Below are positions 63,451-64,000 of a DNA stretch of 64,000 nt, piece after piece. Source of the DNA: Narcine bancroftii. Lineage: Eukaryota. The notes below the pieces were generated by a model. It saw only the letters and a list, made by a program, of their open reading frames with translations, was not told the origin of the DNA and did no database searches. The stretch covers positions 66,030,001 through 66,094,000 of the forward strand of contig NC_091480.1 of NCBI RefSeq assembly GCF_036971445.1, written 5' to 3'. Each line of letters begins with the position of its first letter. Position 1 is the first letter of the stretch. Made by a program: the position numbers and the translations under genes.

Positions 63451-63847
63451 GATAGTATAGACAAGAATTAATAAGGGAAGGTAATGGAATAGAGAGAATA
63501 AGGAGGGAATTAAAAGAGTGACCTTTGTTACATATGAAAAGTGAAATCTTTTCTGGGAGGGGCTGGGTGGGGGGGAATAGCGGTCACTGCAAAATCAGTT
63601 GACGTTTGCGAGTGAATTCGCAAACCCAAATGGAGAGGGGAGATGTGGTTGTCCGACAAGGGATAAAGGACAACTCAGGAGGGGAAGGGGAGATTGGGGC
63701 TAAAGAAGATATAAATAGGAGAATAAGGAAAATGTTTGATGTTGTAGGAATGTTGTCTTATAAAGAGTTTAAAATAAGAAAACAGAAATGGAAAAGGAGG
63801 AAAGGTAATGATGGAAAAACGTAAAGAGAAGATAAACAAAGTATAAA

Positions 63848-64000
63848 ATGGGTACGCTGAACTATATGACTTTAAATATTAATGGAATACATAACCAAAT
63901 TAAAAGGAAGAAACTACTAAATTTACTGAAAAAGGTAAAAATTGATATAGCATTTGTCCAAGAAACACATTTAACTGAATTGGAGCACAAGAAATTAAAG
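63848..64000 (+). CDS. L1 ORF2 N-terminus (APE endonuclease), partial
   Basis: MGTLNYMTLNINGIHNQIKRKKLLNLLKKVKIDIAFVQETHL contains the N.NG and D....QETH endonuclease motifs and is open to the window end. Confidence 0.85.
   Translation, partial: MGTLNYMTLNINGIHNQIKRKKLLNLLKKVKIDIAFVQETHLTELEHKKLK

Larger units (their letters stand above)
60961..64000 (+). mobile_element. Young L1-clade retrotransposon (5'UTR, ORF1, spacer, start of ORF2) in intron 6 of the minus-strand keratin; continues beyond the window
   Basis: Intact ORF1, ORF2 start at 63848, and an A-rich sense strand. Confidence 0.88.

Overview
Vertebrate genomic DNA; the V-SINE/HE1-like SINEs, CR1, Penelope and RTE repeats suggest a cartilaginous fish (inference). 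It lies in a type II keratin cluster. Positions 1-~47160 are a tandem array of near-identical units (spacing 15783, 13189 and 13195 bp), each with a 9-exon type II keratin gene on + and canonical type II exon sizes (209/61/96/165/126/221 nt). Copies 1-3 end in one tail exon (ADYGQ...QSTF*). Copy 4 matches them through most of exon 7, then switches to a diverged intron 7 and a completely different, K8-like terminal exon (GQYGGG...[24 protein letters not shown]) that the ORF track misses. The array therefore looks like amplified tail-swapped chimeric keratins. A further divergent type II keratin (exons 7-9) lies convergently on the minus strand. The rest is transposon-derived: an intact RTE LINE, three truncated RTEs, a young L1, solo LTRs, and old CR1, Rex, L1 and Penelope fragments, SINEs and a MITE. 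All calls were made by eye; no alignments or database searches were run.
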